From the IMG/VR virus record IMGVR_UViG_3300042331_000303: a DNA stretch of 64,000 nucleotides; one strand, 5' to 3'. Positions 1 to 9,104 of this stretch are shown piece by piece. Both the position numbers and the translations under genes were made by a program. The number at the start of each line of letters is the position of its first letter. Within the stretch, counting starts at the first letter, position 1. The DNA comes from a virus (taxonomy: Duplodnaviria > Heunggongvirae > Uroviricota > Caudoviricetes). Under the pieces are notes generated by a model, which was not told the origin of the DNA, made no database searches, and saw only the letters and a program-made list of their open reading frames with translations.

Positions 1-199
1 CGTCGAAGGTAGAAGAACCGCCGCCCGTGGTCAGGAACTGGACCCAGTTGAAGGCTCCGTCCGTGTTCTGGAACAGGCCAACCGTACCCGGAGCCGAGAC
101 GATGCCGAGGGAGCCGATGCCGGCGCTCGTCAAGCCGTCGTAGGGGGTGGACTGGTTGTGGACTTCGAGATCCGTGATCCACTGAACGATGAGTGCCAT
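1..199 (-). CDS. Hypothetical (probably late/structural) protein, truncated by window edge
   Basis: Manual translation from ATG at 199 gives MALIVQWITDLEVHNQSTPYDGLTSAGIGSLGIVSAPG..., open to the edge; preceded by the AGCACTCGATC element. Confidence 0.6.
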   Translation of the reverse strand, partial: MALIVQWITDLEVHNQSTPYDGLTSAGIGSLGIVSAPGTVGLFQNTDGAFNWVQFLTTGGGSSTFD

Positions 200-261
200 G
201 TTTGCAGGCTCCAGCGGACGAGGATACTGTGATGGTTGTTCCTTGCCCACCCGTAGCGCAA

Positions 262-272
262 GATCGAGTGCT
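262..272 (-). promoter_or_regulatory. AGCACTCGATC putative late-promoter activator site
   Basis: Exact motif copy; TATCCT 35 nt downstream, ahead of CDS 1..199. Confidence 0.7.
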
Positions 273-1835
273 ATGAACCAGCTTCGGACGTTCCAGCAAG
301 AAGACGTAGACAGCATCGCCCGCGCGGGTTTCCGTGCCCTACTCGCGAGTGCCCCGGGCGTCGGGAAGACCATCATCGCGTTGTCAGCGATGTCGAAGGG
401 CTACCCGAGTCTCACGCCAACGCTGGTTGTCGCGCCTTCCTCCGTGACGACCAACTGGGCCCGCGAGTCCCGAAAGTGGTCCCCTTGGGCCAAGCCCTTC
501 ATCGTGGAAGGGGAGACAGGACGAATCCCGCGAGACCGCCACCTCTACGTCTGCTCGTGGGCTCTCCTCGATGCTCGCCACGACGATCTGGTGTCTCTCG
601 GAATCAAGTGTGTGATCGCAGACGAGGCGCACTTCGCGAAGTCCCCTGACTCGAACCGGTCGATGGCGCTCGCTTCGCTCATGCACCAAGCGGATGGGCG
701 TCTCCTCCTCACGGGAACGCCCATCGTCAACCGCGAGGACGAGCTGCAAGTCCTGTACGACCTGCTCGGGGTCGCAAAGCCGCTGATGATCCGGCGGCTT
801 CTGGAGGACGTGGCGCCAGAGATTCCTCCGAAGACTCGCGGGTACGTCCACGTCCAGCTTCCGCCGAAGGTACTCGCCGAGTACCGGAAGATCGAGCGGG
901 ACTTTGCCGAGTGGCTGGAGGACCGCCTCGCCAAGCTCGCAGACGACGGGATGGACGAGCCCAGCCACGAGTTCGCCGAGCAGGCGCTCGCGGCTGAGGC
1001 CCTCGTGAAGATGGGCTACCTCCGGCGGACCCTCGCTGCGGGAAAGGTGCTGGCGGCCAGTGACTGGGCCGCACGCGCCGTCCGGTTGGGCGAGCCCGTC
1101 GTCCTCTTCGCCGAGCACCAGGAGGTCATCCAGAAGCTCTGCCGGCAGCTTCGGAAGCACCGTCTGCGCTACGTGCTGGTGGACGGCAACACGCCCCGGA
1201 AGGAACGGCAGGAAGCCATCGACGCTTTCCAGCGCGGCGACGTCCCGATCTTCGTTGGCTCGAAGGCTGCGAAGGAGGGCATCACCCTCACGCGCGCCGC
1301 GAACCTGCTCTTCTGCGAGCGCTGGTACACGGCGGCGGAGGAAGAGCAGGCCGAAGACCGCATCCGGCGCATCGGCCAGACTCGGCCGACCAAGATCTGG
1401 TTCCTCCACGCGCCCGACACCATCGACGACCGCCTCGCGGAGATCGTGGAGGGCAAGCGGCACATCGTGCGCGAGGCCATCGGAGCGGCGGACATCGAGG
1501 AGTCGGGCGTGCAGGCAGTGCGCCAGCTCCTGCGCGCGTGGGGGGCCAAGGCAGGCATCCCACAGGCGAGCCAAGCGGCGCCTCTGGTCGGCTACGGGGC
1601 GCCCGAGCTTCCCGCTCTCCCGAGCCCGCGGGTGACCTGCGCGGTCGACTTCCGCAGTACGCTGTCCCACGCCGCCTCGTGGGCGAAGATGAACGGCTAC
1701 CATCCGATCCGAGCGGTGCAAACGGCGCGAGGTGTACGCCTGTGGTGCCACGAGCAGACGCGGTTCATTCCTGGAAGTTTCCGTCGAGTGGTCTTGTCAA
1801 GTGACATTTCCATCGTTACAGGTGTGCGTTCCTGA
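273..1835 (+). CDS. SNF2-family (SF2) helicase with extra C-terminal domain
   Basis: SAPGVGKT (Walker A), DEAH, LLTGTPIVNR, EGITLTRA, QAEDRIRRIGQ; start moved from 189 to MNQLRTFQ. Confidence 0.9.
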   Translation: MNQLRTFQQEDVDSIARAGFRALLASAPGVGKTIIALSAMSKGYPSLTPTLVVAPSSVTTNWARESRKWSPWAKPFIVEGETGRIPRDRHLYVCSWALLDARHDDLVSLGIKCVIADEAHFAKSPDSNRSMALASLMHQADGRLLLTGTPIVNREDELQVLYDLLGVAKPLMIRRLLEDVAPEIPPKTRGYVHVQLPPKVLAEYRKIERDFAEWLEDRLAKLADDGMDEPSHEFAEQALAAEALVKMGYLRRTLAAGKVLAASDWAARAVRLGEPVVLFAEHQEVIQKLCRQLRKHRLRYVLVDGNTPRKERQEAIDAFQRGDVPIFVGSKAAKEGITLTRAANLLFCERWYTAAEEEQAEDRIRRIGQTRPTKIWFLHAPDTIDDRLAEIVEGKRHIVREAIGAADIEESGVQAVRQLLRAWGAKAGIPQASQAAPLVGYGAPELPALPSPRVTCAVDFRSTLSHAASWAKMNGYHPIRAVQTARGVRLWCHEQTRFIPGSFRRVVLSSDISIVTGVRS

Positions 1836-1844
1836 GAGACTCCT

Positions 1845-2231
1845 GTGCGCATCATCCTGTCCCACGAACTCACCATCGAAGAGATCGCCGAACTCCAGTC
1901 GAAGGGCCTCGACCCGATGGACTACGCCGCCATCCTCTGCCCCGCGCAGAACGTGCAGGCGGGGGTCCAGATTGATCCACGAGCGGGCCGCGTGGCCGTC
2001 TTCGCCGTGACGATCGTGCTGCCGAGTTCGCTCATGGAGCTGCCCACCGGCGGCGTGCTGGACGCGCAGGGCAACTCGGCGGCTTCGTCGAAGATCAAGA
2101 ACGCCATGCCCATCGCGCCCCTCGTGCGCATCCCGGTCTCCCGTTCGATCCTCGGCCCAGACGCCAAGAACCAGTTGGCGGCGTTGGAGGCCGGTCGTCC
2201 GCCTTCTTCTTCCGGTGCCCTTGACAGTTGA
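1845..2231 (+). CDS. Hypothetical protein
   Basis: ORF track; follows helicase; typical codon usage. Confidence 0.6.
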   Translation: MRIILSHELTIEEIAELQSKGLDPMDYAAILCPAQNVQAGVQIDPRAGRVAVFAVTIVLPSSLMELPTGGVLDAQGNSAASSKIKNAMPIAPLVRIPVSRSILGPDAKNQLAALEAGRPPSSSGALDS

Positions 2232-2249
2232 CAGACTGGTAGATACAAG
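2221..2249 (+). promoter_or_regulatory. Sigma70-type promoter (likely leaderless transcript)
   Basis: TTGACA-N17-TACAAG, ATG 6 nt after the -10. Confidence 0.65.
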
Positions 2250-2255
2250 TAGGGC

Positions 2256-3428
2256 ATGATTTCAGCTCCTACCCTGCCGCTCCTCCTCATCAAGATGGGG
2301 GTGCCTGTTCAGAGCTTCCCGTCGTGGCTCCGCGCCCCGCAGGGAGTGGAGGCGCACCAGTCGGCCACCAATGCCGAGATGCAGGAGCGGACGACCAGCG
2401 CTGTGTTGTTCGGCCTCACGTTGGCGGGGGAGGACAGCCTCTCCATCCTCTCACAGTACGCCCGAGTGGTTGGGCAGTTCTCGCCTGCCTTCCTTCGCGG
2501 GCTGGCAGACAGCGATTGGGCCATGGTCTGGTTCTCGGGCTCCCGAGTGCTGCTGGTCCACATGGAGCACCGCTGGCTTCTGGAGCTGATGGCGTTCCGC
2601 AGCGACGACGACCCAGGGCGAGTCACCCCCAAGGTGCATGGTCGCGCTGAACTCTACTTCCCGGTGCCCAGCTACGCGCACCCCGAGATCGAGAAGATTT
2701 CCAGCCGACTGACGACGCCGCGGGTTCGGCGGAAGGCTGAAGTTTGTGTCCTCGTCCGGACGCAGCATGGGCTCGCGTTCGCGGAAGTGAACATCAAGCC
2801 CAGCCGCGTCCCCGACCTCGACACCTTCTACGGCAAGGGCTTCACGAAGGACTTCCATGAGCCGCTGCTGACGCGGCTCCAGAACGAGCGGGGAGGGCTG
2901 GCCTTCCTGCACGGTCCGCCGGGTGGCGGCAAGACCACCTACGTGCGGCACCTTGCCGGGCTCCTCGGGAGCAAGAAGCGGCTCCTGATTGTCCAGCGAG
3001 CGCTCATTGCGGCGATGGGCGAGCCCGACTTCATCGACCTGCTCATGCGGATGGAGCGGCGCCCCACGGTGCTGCTGGTCGAGGATGCGGAGGACGTGGT
3101 GAGCATTGACGGACGGAGCCTCAGTGCGGCGACGGGGACGCTCCTCAACCTCTCGGACGGGCTCCTCAACGACATCTCCGGCGTGCAGGCCATCGTGACG
3201 TTCAACTGCCCCGTAGACAAGATCGACCCGGCGCTGGTTCGTGCGGGCCGCAACCTCGGCATGCACGAGTTCCGCGCCCTGACCGTCCCCGAGGCTCAGA
3301 AGCTGGCCACTGCGATGGGCCGACCGATCGACCACCTCACTGGACCCGGACCCTTCATGCTGGCCGACGTGCTCGCTGTTCCCCCCATCGGCCCCCCGCT
3401 CACTCCACGGAAAGGACGGTACTTCTGA
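2256..3428 (+). CDS. AAA+ ATPase (BCS1-like)
   Basis: LHGPPGGGKT, VLLVEDAE, LLNLSDGLL, IDPALVRAGR. Confidence 0.85.
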   Translation: MISAPTLPLLLIKMGVPVQSFPSWLRAPQGVEAHQSATNAEMQERTTSAVLFGLTLAGEDSLSILSQYARVVGQFSPAFLRGLADSDWAMVWFSGSRVLLVHMEHRWLLELMAFRSDDDPGRVTPKVHGRAELYFPVPSYAHPEIEKISSRLTTPRVRRKAEVCVLVRTQHGLAFAEVNIKPSRVPDLDTFYGKGFTKDFHEPLLTRLQNERGGLAFLHGPPGGGKTTYVRHLAGLLGSKKRLLIVQRALIAAMGEPDFIDLLMRMERRPTVLLVEDAEDVVSIDGRSLSAATGTLLNLSDGLLNDISGVQAIVTFNCPVDKIDPALVRAGRNLGMHEFRALTVPEAQKLATAMGRPIDHLTGPGPFMLADVLAVPPIGPPLTPRKGRYF

Positions 3429-3904
3429 TGCTTTCCCTGAAGGTGATTTCCGGAGGTCAGACGGGGGCCGACCAAGGCGCGCTCTTTGGGGCGCGTGCGG
3501 CGGGCTGGGAGACCGGCGGGACTGCTCCGAAGGGCTGGCGGACGGACGCCGGCCGGGCGCCGTGGTTGGCAGACTACGGCCTCGTGGAGCATGCCTCGTG
3601 GCAGTACGGTCCCCGGACCCTCGCCAACGTCCAGAACAGCCGTGGGACGCTGATCTTCGGCGACGCCACCTCCCCCGGTTGCACGCTCACCCGGAAGCAC
3701 GCTCGGACTTGCTTCAAGCCCGTCCAGGTCCTCCTGTGGCCCGGCGACCACGACTGGCTGGCTGAGGCCGAAGCAGTCGCCGACTGGATGGCCCGAATGG
3801 GCATCACCACGCTCAACGTCGCCGGAAACCGCGAGCGATCCAACCCGGGTATCGAAGCCGCGACGTCGGCCTTCATCCAACTTCTGGCGCAGAGGATTCC
3901 ATGA
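3428..3904 (+). CDS. SLOG-superfamily / 'molybdenum carrier'-like protein
   Basis: KVISGGQTGADQGAL...GGTAPKGW, RTLANVQNSRGTLIF, TLNVAGNRE. Confidence 0.8.
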   Translation: MLSLKVISGGQTGADQGALFGARAAGWETGGTAPKGWRTDAGRAPWLADYGLVEHASWQYGPRTLANVQNSRGTLIFGDATSPGCTLTRKHARTCFKPVQVLLWPGDHDWLAEAEAVADWMARMGITTLNVAGNRERSNPGIEAATSAFIQLLAQRIP

Positions 3905-4842
3905 CGTTCGATCGTGCCTACGGCGTGCTTCTCGGGCAGGCCATCGGCGACGCCCTCGGTATCCCCGCGGAGCACAAGACCCGTGAGTGGTGTCAGGCGC
4001 GGTACAAGGACGGAGGTCCGTACAGCTTCGAGCGGGTCGAGCGCCCGAGCCGCAACGAGGTCTTCGAGGCTGGTGAGTGGTCGGACGACACCGACCAAGC
4101 GTTCATCCTCGTGGATTCGTGGTTGGCTCATGGGCGCGTCCATCCACAAGATGTGGCTCGACGCCTCGTAGACTGGACGGCGACGCAGAAGGGACTCGGT
4201 TCGCACACGCGCGCAGTTCTGGCCGAGCCAGACTTCCTCGCGGATCCCGCGACTGCGGCTCTGCGAGTGTGGGAGCTGGGCGACCGCCAAGCGGCGCCGA
4301 ACGGCGCTGTCATGCGCTCTGCCGTCGTCGGCCTGTTCTCTCCCGACTTCGACGAAGTGTGGGGGATGGCTATGGCGTATTCGCGAATCACACATGCCGA
4401 CCCCCGCTGCCAGATCAGCTCGGCGATGGTCGCAGGGTTGGTCTGCCTTCTGCGGCAGGGGGCACGCATCGACGTAGCCATCGAAATGGTCCACGAGAAG
4501 CAGGAGCGCGATCCGCTCAAGTGCGGCGAAGTCTCAGAGGAGTTCATCATCTGGGACGGCTTGGCGCAGGGCTACACGTTCAAGCCGGTACAAGCTGCCA
4601 TCCGCGCGCTCCGCCTGCTGGACGAGCTTCGTCCGGGACAGGACGACATGCTTACGGTCGTTCCGCTCTTGCTGGCCCGCCAGATTCGAGAGGGCGGCGA
4701 CACGGACACCAACGCGGCCGTCGCAGGGGCGGTGCTCGGCGCGTACACCGGAGCAAGCGCGTTCCTCCTCTTGCGTGGAGGGCTTCTCCGGCTCGATGCC
4801 GTGCGCGAGCGCGCCGCCCGTCTCACTGGCTCGGAGGAGTAG
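3901..4842 (+). CDS. ADP-ribosylglycohydrolase
   Basis: GQAIGDALG, WSDDTDQ, NGAVMR, ITHADP, GGDTDTNAAVAGAVLGA. Confidence 0.9.
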   Translation: MTFDRAYGVLLGQAIGDALGIPAEHKTREWCQARYKDGGPYSFERVERPSRNEVFEAGEWSDDTDQAFILVDSWLAHGRVHPQDVARRLVDWTATQKGLGSHTRAVLAEPDFLADPATAALRVWELGDRQAAPNGAVMRSAVVGLFSPDFDEVWGMAMAYSRITHADPRCQISSAMVAGLVCLLRQGARIDVAIEMVHEKQERDPLKCGEVSEEFIIWDGLAQGYTFKPVQAAIRALRLLDELRPGQDDMLTVVPLLLARQIREGGDTDTNAAVAGAVLGAYTGASAFLLLRGGLLRLDAVRERAARLTGSEE

Positions 4843-5391
4843 ATGGCGACGTTCTTCACTTCCGACCTGCACTTCGGGCACGAGAACGTGATCCGCTACG
4901 CCAAGCGGCCGTTCAAGAACGCCGACGAGATGGACGCAGAGATGATCCGCCGCTGGAACAGCGTAGTCGGTCCGGCCGACGAGGTTTACGTGGTCGGCGA
5001 CTTCGCGCTGTGCAAGCGGGACCGTGCCTTGGAGATCGCCAAGCAGCTCAACGGCACGAAGTACCTCGTGCGGGGCAACCACGATCGAGAGCCACCGGGC
5101 GCGGCCTTCGCTTGGATCAAGGACATGCACACGGCGAAGGTGCAGCTTGGCGAGACGGTGCAGCGCATCGTCCTTTGCCACTACGCCCTCCGGGTCTGGG
5201 ACCGCTCCCACTATGGTGCCTGGATGCTCTACGGGCACAGTCATGGCAATCTCAAGGACGACCCCCACGCCCTCTCACTCGACATCGGCGTGGACTGCTG
5301 GAACTACACTCCCGTCAGCGTCGGGCAGATCGCAGACCGGATGGCCCTGAAGGACTGGAAGCCGGTCGACCACCATGGGGAAGAACGGTGA
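4843..5391 (+). CDS. Calcineurin-like metallophosphoesterase
   Basis: FTSDLHFGH, VVGDF, VRGNHD, LCHY, LYGHSH, IGVD. Confidence 0.9.
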   Translation: MATFFTSDLHFGHENVIRYAKRPFKNADEMDAEMIRRWNSVVGPADEVYVVGDFALCKRDRALEIAKQLNGTKYLVRGNHDREPPGAAFAWIKDMHTAKVQLGETVQRIVLCHYALRVWDRSHYGAWMLYGHSHGNLKDDPHALSLDIGVDCWNYTPVSVGQIADRMALKDWKPVDHHGEER

Positions 5392-5834
5392 GCACCCCCA
5401 AGACTCTCCACACGTTCACGGTGAACAACGTCACCTACCATCTGTGCCATTCGGAGTACGACATGCACAAGCTGGGGCTGTTCCGAGGACTTCACGACCC
5501 CTTCGGAACAGAGTACACAGAGCGAGTGGCCCCGGTAGACTACGCGCACGTCCTGCGCTCTATGGCCCGCCCCCCCGAACTCAAGGGGTTCCCTGGAGTT
5601 ACAGACTGGAGCGAGAAGTGGCGGCAGATCAGCACCGAAACGAACGGGATTCGTCATGTGCTATTGACGCCACATGCCGCTGTCGAGGTCGGCCCGGCCG
5701 TCAAGACGCTTCGACTGGATCCTGCGATCAACACCTGTCTGGAAACCACGCTACCTCGCTGGGGTGAGGTAGGCACTTTCGGGTCGAGTGCCTGGATTCT
5801 CGACGTTATCCGCATGATTCTGGAGGCCCCATGA
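5388..5834 (+). CDS. Hypothetical protein
   Basis: 3' part of ORF 4077..5834; GTG start overlaps upstream stop. Confidence 0.55.
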   Translation: MSTPKTLHTFTVNNVTYHLCHSEYDMHKLGLFRGLHDPFGTEYTERVAPVDYAHVLRSMARPPELKGFPGVTDWSEKWRQISTETNGIRHVLLTPHAAVEVGPAVKTLRLDPAINTCLETTLPRWGEVGTFGSSAWILDVIRMILEAP

Positions 5835-6310
5835 CGATCTGCACGCTCCGACTCAGTGACGCTCTTGCTGAGCTTCCCACCCACGCGGACCGACTCGCCG
5901 TGGGGGAGGAGATCCAGCGGCTCACGGACCAGTTCCCGTGGGGAGTCGCTGACGAAGCGAACGGGGACCGTCCGGACATCTCTGCGGCGGTGCTCGTCGC
6001 CGGCCTGCGCCGCGCCCGAGCTGGGCTCCCAGCGCTCGAAGACCTCATGGGTGAGTGGCGCGAGTGGACTACCCCAGCTCGTGTGTGGATGCGGGAGCCC
6101 ATCGGCCCGACGCTGGCCATCGCATCTGTGTTCTCCCGGACGCTCTCTGCCGGTGATGGCTGGATGGTTTGCCAGTCGTGGGGGTTGGGTGTCGGCCCCA
6201 GTCGAGGCCCCGCGCACTCAGAAGCAGGGAAGGTCGCTGCTGACACCTGCTTGATGGTCGAGCGGGGCCTCGCGGTACTCGACGGGGAGGAGATTCGCTA
6301 TGCCTGCTGA
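5831..6310 (+). CDS. Hypothetical protein
   Basis: ATGA-coupled ORF. Confidence 0.55.
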   Translation: MTICTLRLSDALAELPTHADRLAVGEEIQRLTDQFPWGVADEANGDRPDISAAVLVAGLRRARAGLPALEDLMGEWREWTTPARVWMREPIGPTLAIASVFSRTLSAGDGWMVCQSWGLGVGPSRGPAHSEAGKVAADTCLMVERGLAVLDGEEIRYAC

Positions 6311-6584
6311 CCTGTCCTACTACCTCATCTGGTACGTGCTGAGCCGCCTCGCGCTTGTCTACGCCCTTCACCGGCGCATGAAGAACAGCGCGGCCAGAAC
6401 CGGGGGCCGGGACATCCTCTCCAACGAGGATGGGTGTCTGTTTGTGCTGGGTTTCATCCCACTCCTTCCGGAGTTGGGGTGTGTCGCCGTCACCGGCTCG
6501 CTCATCCTGAGCGTAGCGATCGACGTGACTCTACGTGCGATCTACGACTTCTACGGCCACCGCTACGGAGGATCCAAGCCATGA
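6300..6584 (+). CDS. Small membrane protein
   Basis: Two to three hydrophobic segments. Confidence 0.55.
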   Translation: MPADLSYYLIWYVLSRLALVYALHRRMKNSAARTGGRDILSNEDGCLFVLGFIPLLPELGCVAVTGSLILSVAIDVTLRAIYDFYGHRYGGSKP

Positions 6585-6988
6585 TGTCGCCCGAGATCGC
6601 AGAGCTGGCCAAGAAGCTCGTGGTGCGCGAAGACTGGGAGTGGGCTCCGGGGATGCAGCCCTGTGTTGCTGGAAAGCCCGTCGAGCCTGCCTACCGCTGC
6701 GCCTTGACGTGCTACGAGGGCGACGAAGACGTTCGGCGCTACATGGGAATCGCCTACGCGGGGGCATTCCCTGCGTGGGGCTGGCCCGCGAAGGGCTCCG
6801 GGTGGATCCCCAACCTCCTCGATGCTGCGACCGGGGGCGTTCTGCTCACGCGCGTGAAGTTCGGGCCCGATGACCAGCTCTACCGCGTCGGTCGAGGCTG
6901 GCGTATCCGCCGCGCGGGCGGGGGGATCCTCGCCGGCATGACGCTGGGCGAGGTGGCGGCCAAGGCGATCCTGCTGGAGGAGCCGTGA
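6581..6988 (+). CDS. Hypothetical protein
   Basis: Start MMSPEIAELAK coupled to upstream stop. Confidence 0.55.
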   Translation: MMSPEIAELAKKLVVREDWEWAPGMQPCVAGKPVEPAYRCALTCYEGDEDVRRYMGIAYAGAFPAWGWPAKGSGWIPNLLDAATGGVLLTRVKFGPDDQLYRVGRGWRIRRAGGGILAGMTLGEVAAKAILLEEP

Positions 6989-7278
6989 AGATCGTACCCG
7001 GAGAGTTCTACGGGAAGTGCTGGGCGCTCGTGTCGCGGCCTCCGCTGTGCCCGCGCTGTGGCCAGTACCAGCACACCCATTACCGGGTCGAGGTCACCGA
7101 AGTGGTCGTCGAGGCGTGGACGTCGTGGCGCGGGGGTGAGTGGACCGCGACCGTGGACGCGGAAGACCCGCAGGATCGGATCTGTCGTATCCGGTTGACG
7201 GTCCCGCTCAGCTACCTGTTCGAGACGCGCAAGGCAGCAAAGGCGGCGGCCCTGACCGCACGAGAGGAGGAAGGATGA
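6985..7278 (+). CDS. Hypothetical protein, CxxC motif
   Basis: CPRCGQYQHTH; GTGA coupling. Confidence 0.5.
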   Translation: MKIVPGEFYGKCWALVSRPPLCPRCGQYQHTHYRVEVTEVVVEAWTSWRGGEWTATVDAEDPQDRICRIRLTVPLSYLFETRKAAKAAALTAREEEG

Positions 7279-7514
7279 TGGCGCACCAGCTCGGGGATGG
7301 CGGCTTGTGCGTTCTGTGCGGGCGTTGGCCCGTCGTCGGTGACGGGGGCTACTGTCGTCCATCCATGCCCGTCACGGGGCGACTCCGGTGCTCTGAACCT
7401 TCGATGCAGAACCTTCCGATCCGAACGCCAGAGGGAGCGCGCATCCGCCGGCTGGTCTCGGCACAGGCCGAGCCCTCCTCCTACGGAGGAGACCCTCCCG
7501 AGGAGCCCGAGTAG
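7275..7514 (+). CDS. Small hypothetical protein
   Basis: GGAGG RBS, ATGA coupling, CVLC motif. Confidence 0.45.
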   Translation: MMAHQLGDGGLCVLCGRWPVVGDGGYCRPSMPVTGRLRCSEPSMQNLPIRTPEGARIRRLVSAQAEPSSYGGDPPEEPE

Positions 7515-7787
7515 CGCCTCGCGGCTGGACCCCTCGATCCCTCTGGGATCGAACCCCCCAAGATGGCAGACCGGCACAACAGCCGCAACACCACAAACGC
7601 ACGGGCATCGCGTGGCGCGTCCACGACATCGCCATTTCGCGAAAGTTGCGGTTGAACCTACGCTTTCCGGGGCTCCATAGGGGGGTACAGGAAATAGATA
7701 TTTCCCGTTCTCGTTCTGGACGGGGTTCGGCGATTCGTCAGATTGAAGCTCCAATACGCGCGTGTAGGGCCTTCTGGCTGACCGAGG

Positions 7788-7808
7788 CTCTCTACCTTCG
7801 GTAGAGAG
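7788..7808 (+). terminator. C(UUCG)G hairpin in intergenic gap
   Basis: CTCTCTAC-C-TTCG-G-TAGAGAG type stem-loop; no clear U-tract. Confidence 0.35.
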
Positions 7809-7902
7809 TGGGATGCAGTGCTCCGGTCATGCCCTACGTGCGTGGCGGCGCAGGAGACTACGTCTCCTGCCAGCCGCCCGGCCCGCAGTTCGGGAAGATT
7901 TC

Positions 7903-7931
7903 TTGACAGCCGGCAATCTCTGCGATACAAG
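7903..7931 (+). promoter_or_regulatory. Sigma70-type promoter (likely leaderless)
   Basis: TTGACA-N17-TACAAG, ATG 6 nt later at 7938. Confidence 0.65.
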
Positions 7932-7937
7932 TCTGGT

Positions 7938-8186
7938 ATGCCATCCTTCTCCGTCAATCTCTGGCTCCAGGAAGAGCTGGAACGCGCGGCCTGCGTTTAC
8001 GTGCAGAACCTCGTCCGCAACCAGCATCCGGAGCTGGAGGGGAGGATCTGCGCCAAGTTCGAGCGCTTCGCCTACGGGCAGTTCGAGGTCTCTTGGGATG
8101 CGGAGCCTGGCCTCGAAGAGAGTGGGTGGGAGTACGTCTCTCTTGCGGCCCTCCTCCGTGACTACCTCGGGAAGGTGCCGTCGTGA
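7938..8186 (+). CDS. Hypothetical protein
   Basis: MPSFSVNLWLQEELE..., directly after promoter. Confidence 0.6.
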   Translation: MPSFSVNLWLQEELERAACVYVQNLVRNQHPELEGRICAKFERFAYGQFEVSWDAEPGLEESGWEYVSLAALLRDYLGKVPS

Positions 8187-8463
8187 GTCGGAAGCTGCCG
8201 AAGAAGAAGCCGGGGCAGGGCTGGGCGGCTGGCTGTACGAGTCCTACTCCTACGTGATCCAACACGGAACCGCTGTAGACGCGAAGATCACCTCGACGTT
8301 CGTACCCGACCTCCGACCAGATCGGTTCGAGGGGGCTGTCGATGCGGTGCTGGACGATCTACGTGGTCGCCGCGGCTTCCGGCAGACGTGGGAGGGGATC
8401 GCCCCCGACACTCGGGCGGAGATCCGTTCGGCTCTGCTAAGCAAGATCAAGGAGCTGGCGTGA
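8183..8463 (+). CDS. Hypothetical protein, start uncertain (possible 1-nt frameshift near 8215)
   Basis: The coupled GTG start reads MSRKLPKKKPGQG, but the coding-like body LGGWLYESY... is in another frame. Confidence 0.4.
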
Positions 8464-8927
8464 CTCCTCTGCCCGCTGCTGTCCTGTCTGCTTTCCCTCA
8501 GCCCCGAGACCGGGTTGAAGACCGTCCGTGGTGGCGCTTTGGGGAGATGCGCAAGTTTGAAACGGTGGAGTGGGTTCGGACTGACGGGTGCCGCGTGTCG
8601 CTCGCACCGCGGCGCAAGTTCTTCGTTTACGGCGATGGGTCCCCGCCCGACATCGGAGGAGGGCCTGATCTCACTCAGCCTGTCGGCGATCTGCTGGCAG
8701 AGATCGACAGGCGGTGGCCCGTCCCTGTGCCAGGCTTTCGAGCAGGGCAGGTGTGGGCCAACCGTCATGGAGGCGCTGTGGTCCTGCTCAGCTCCCACCC
8801 GATGATGCGCGAGGCTGTCGTAGACGAATCGGACCGGCCCCTCACCCTGTCTGAGTTCTGCCGAGGCGTCTATCCCTACCTCGTGGCCGACCCGGCGTGC
8901 CCGCATCTCGCTCCGTGGGGCCCGTGA
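8460..8927 (+). CDS. Hypothetical protein
   Basis: GTGA-coupled ORF. Confidence 0.55.
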   Translation: MTPLPAAVLSAFPQPRDRVEDRPWWRFGEMRKFETVEWVRTDGCRVSLAPRRKFFVYGDGSPPDIGGGPDLTQPVGDLLAEIDRRWPVPVPGFRAGQVWANRHGGAVVLLSSHPMMREAVVDESDRPLTLSEFCRGVYPYLVADPACPHLAPWGP

Positions 8928-9094
8928 TCCTCCGGCTCGTCCTCCAGATGCAGTTCCCTCCACTGCCATTCTGGGCGGCAGGGCCGAGCTTCGGCCCTGA
9001 CGTTCTCTACGTGGATCGGGAGACATGGCAGGACTTCCAGAAGTGGGCTTGTCGGCTGCACAAGGCCGAGCGCTACGACGCTCCCGTTCGTTGA
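8924..9094 (+). CDS. Small hypothetical protein
   Basis: GTGA-coupled short ORF. Confidence 0.4.
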   Translation: MILRLVLQMQFPPLPFWAAGPSFGPDVLYVDRETWQDFQKWACRLHKAERYDAPVR

Positions 9095-9104
9095 CGCCGG
9101 GGCG

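Noticed and set aside
7212-7754. Minus-strand 180-aa ORF across the 7.5-7.9 kb gap
   Set aside because: Overlaps two plus-strand genes, has no recognisable motif and no clear start signal; left uncalled.
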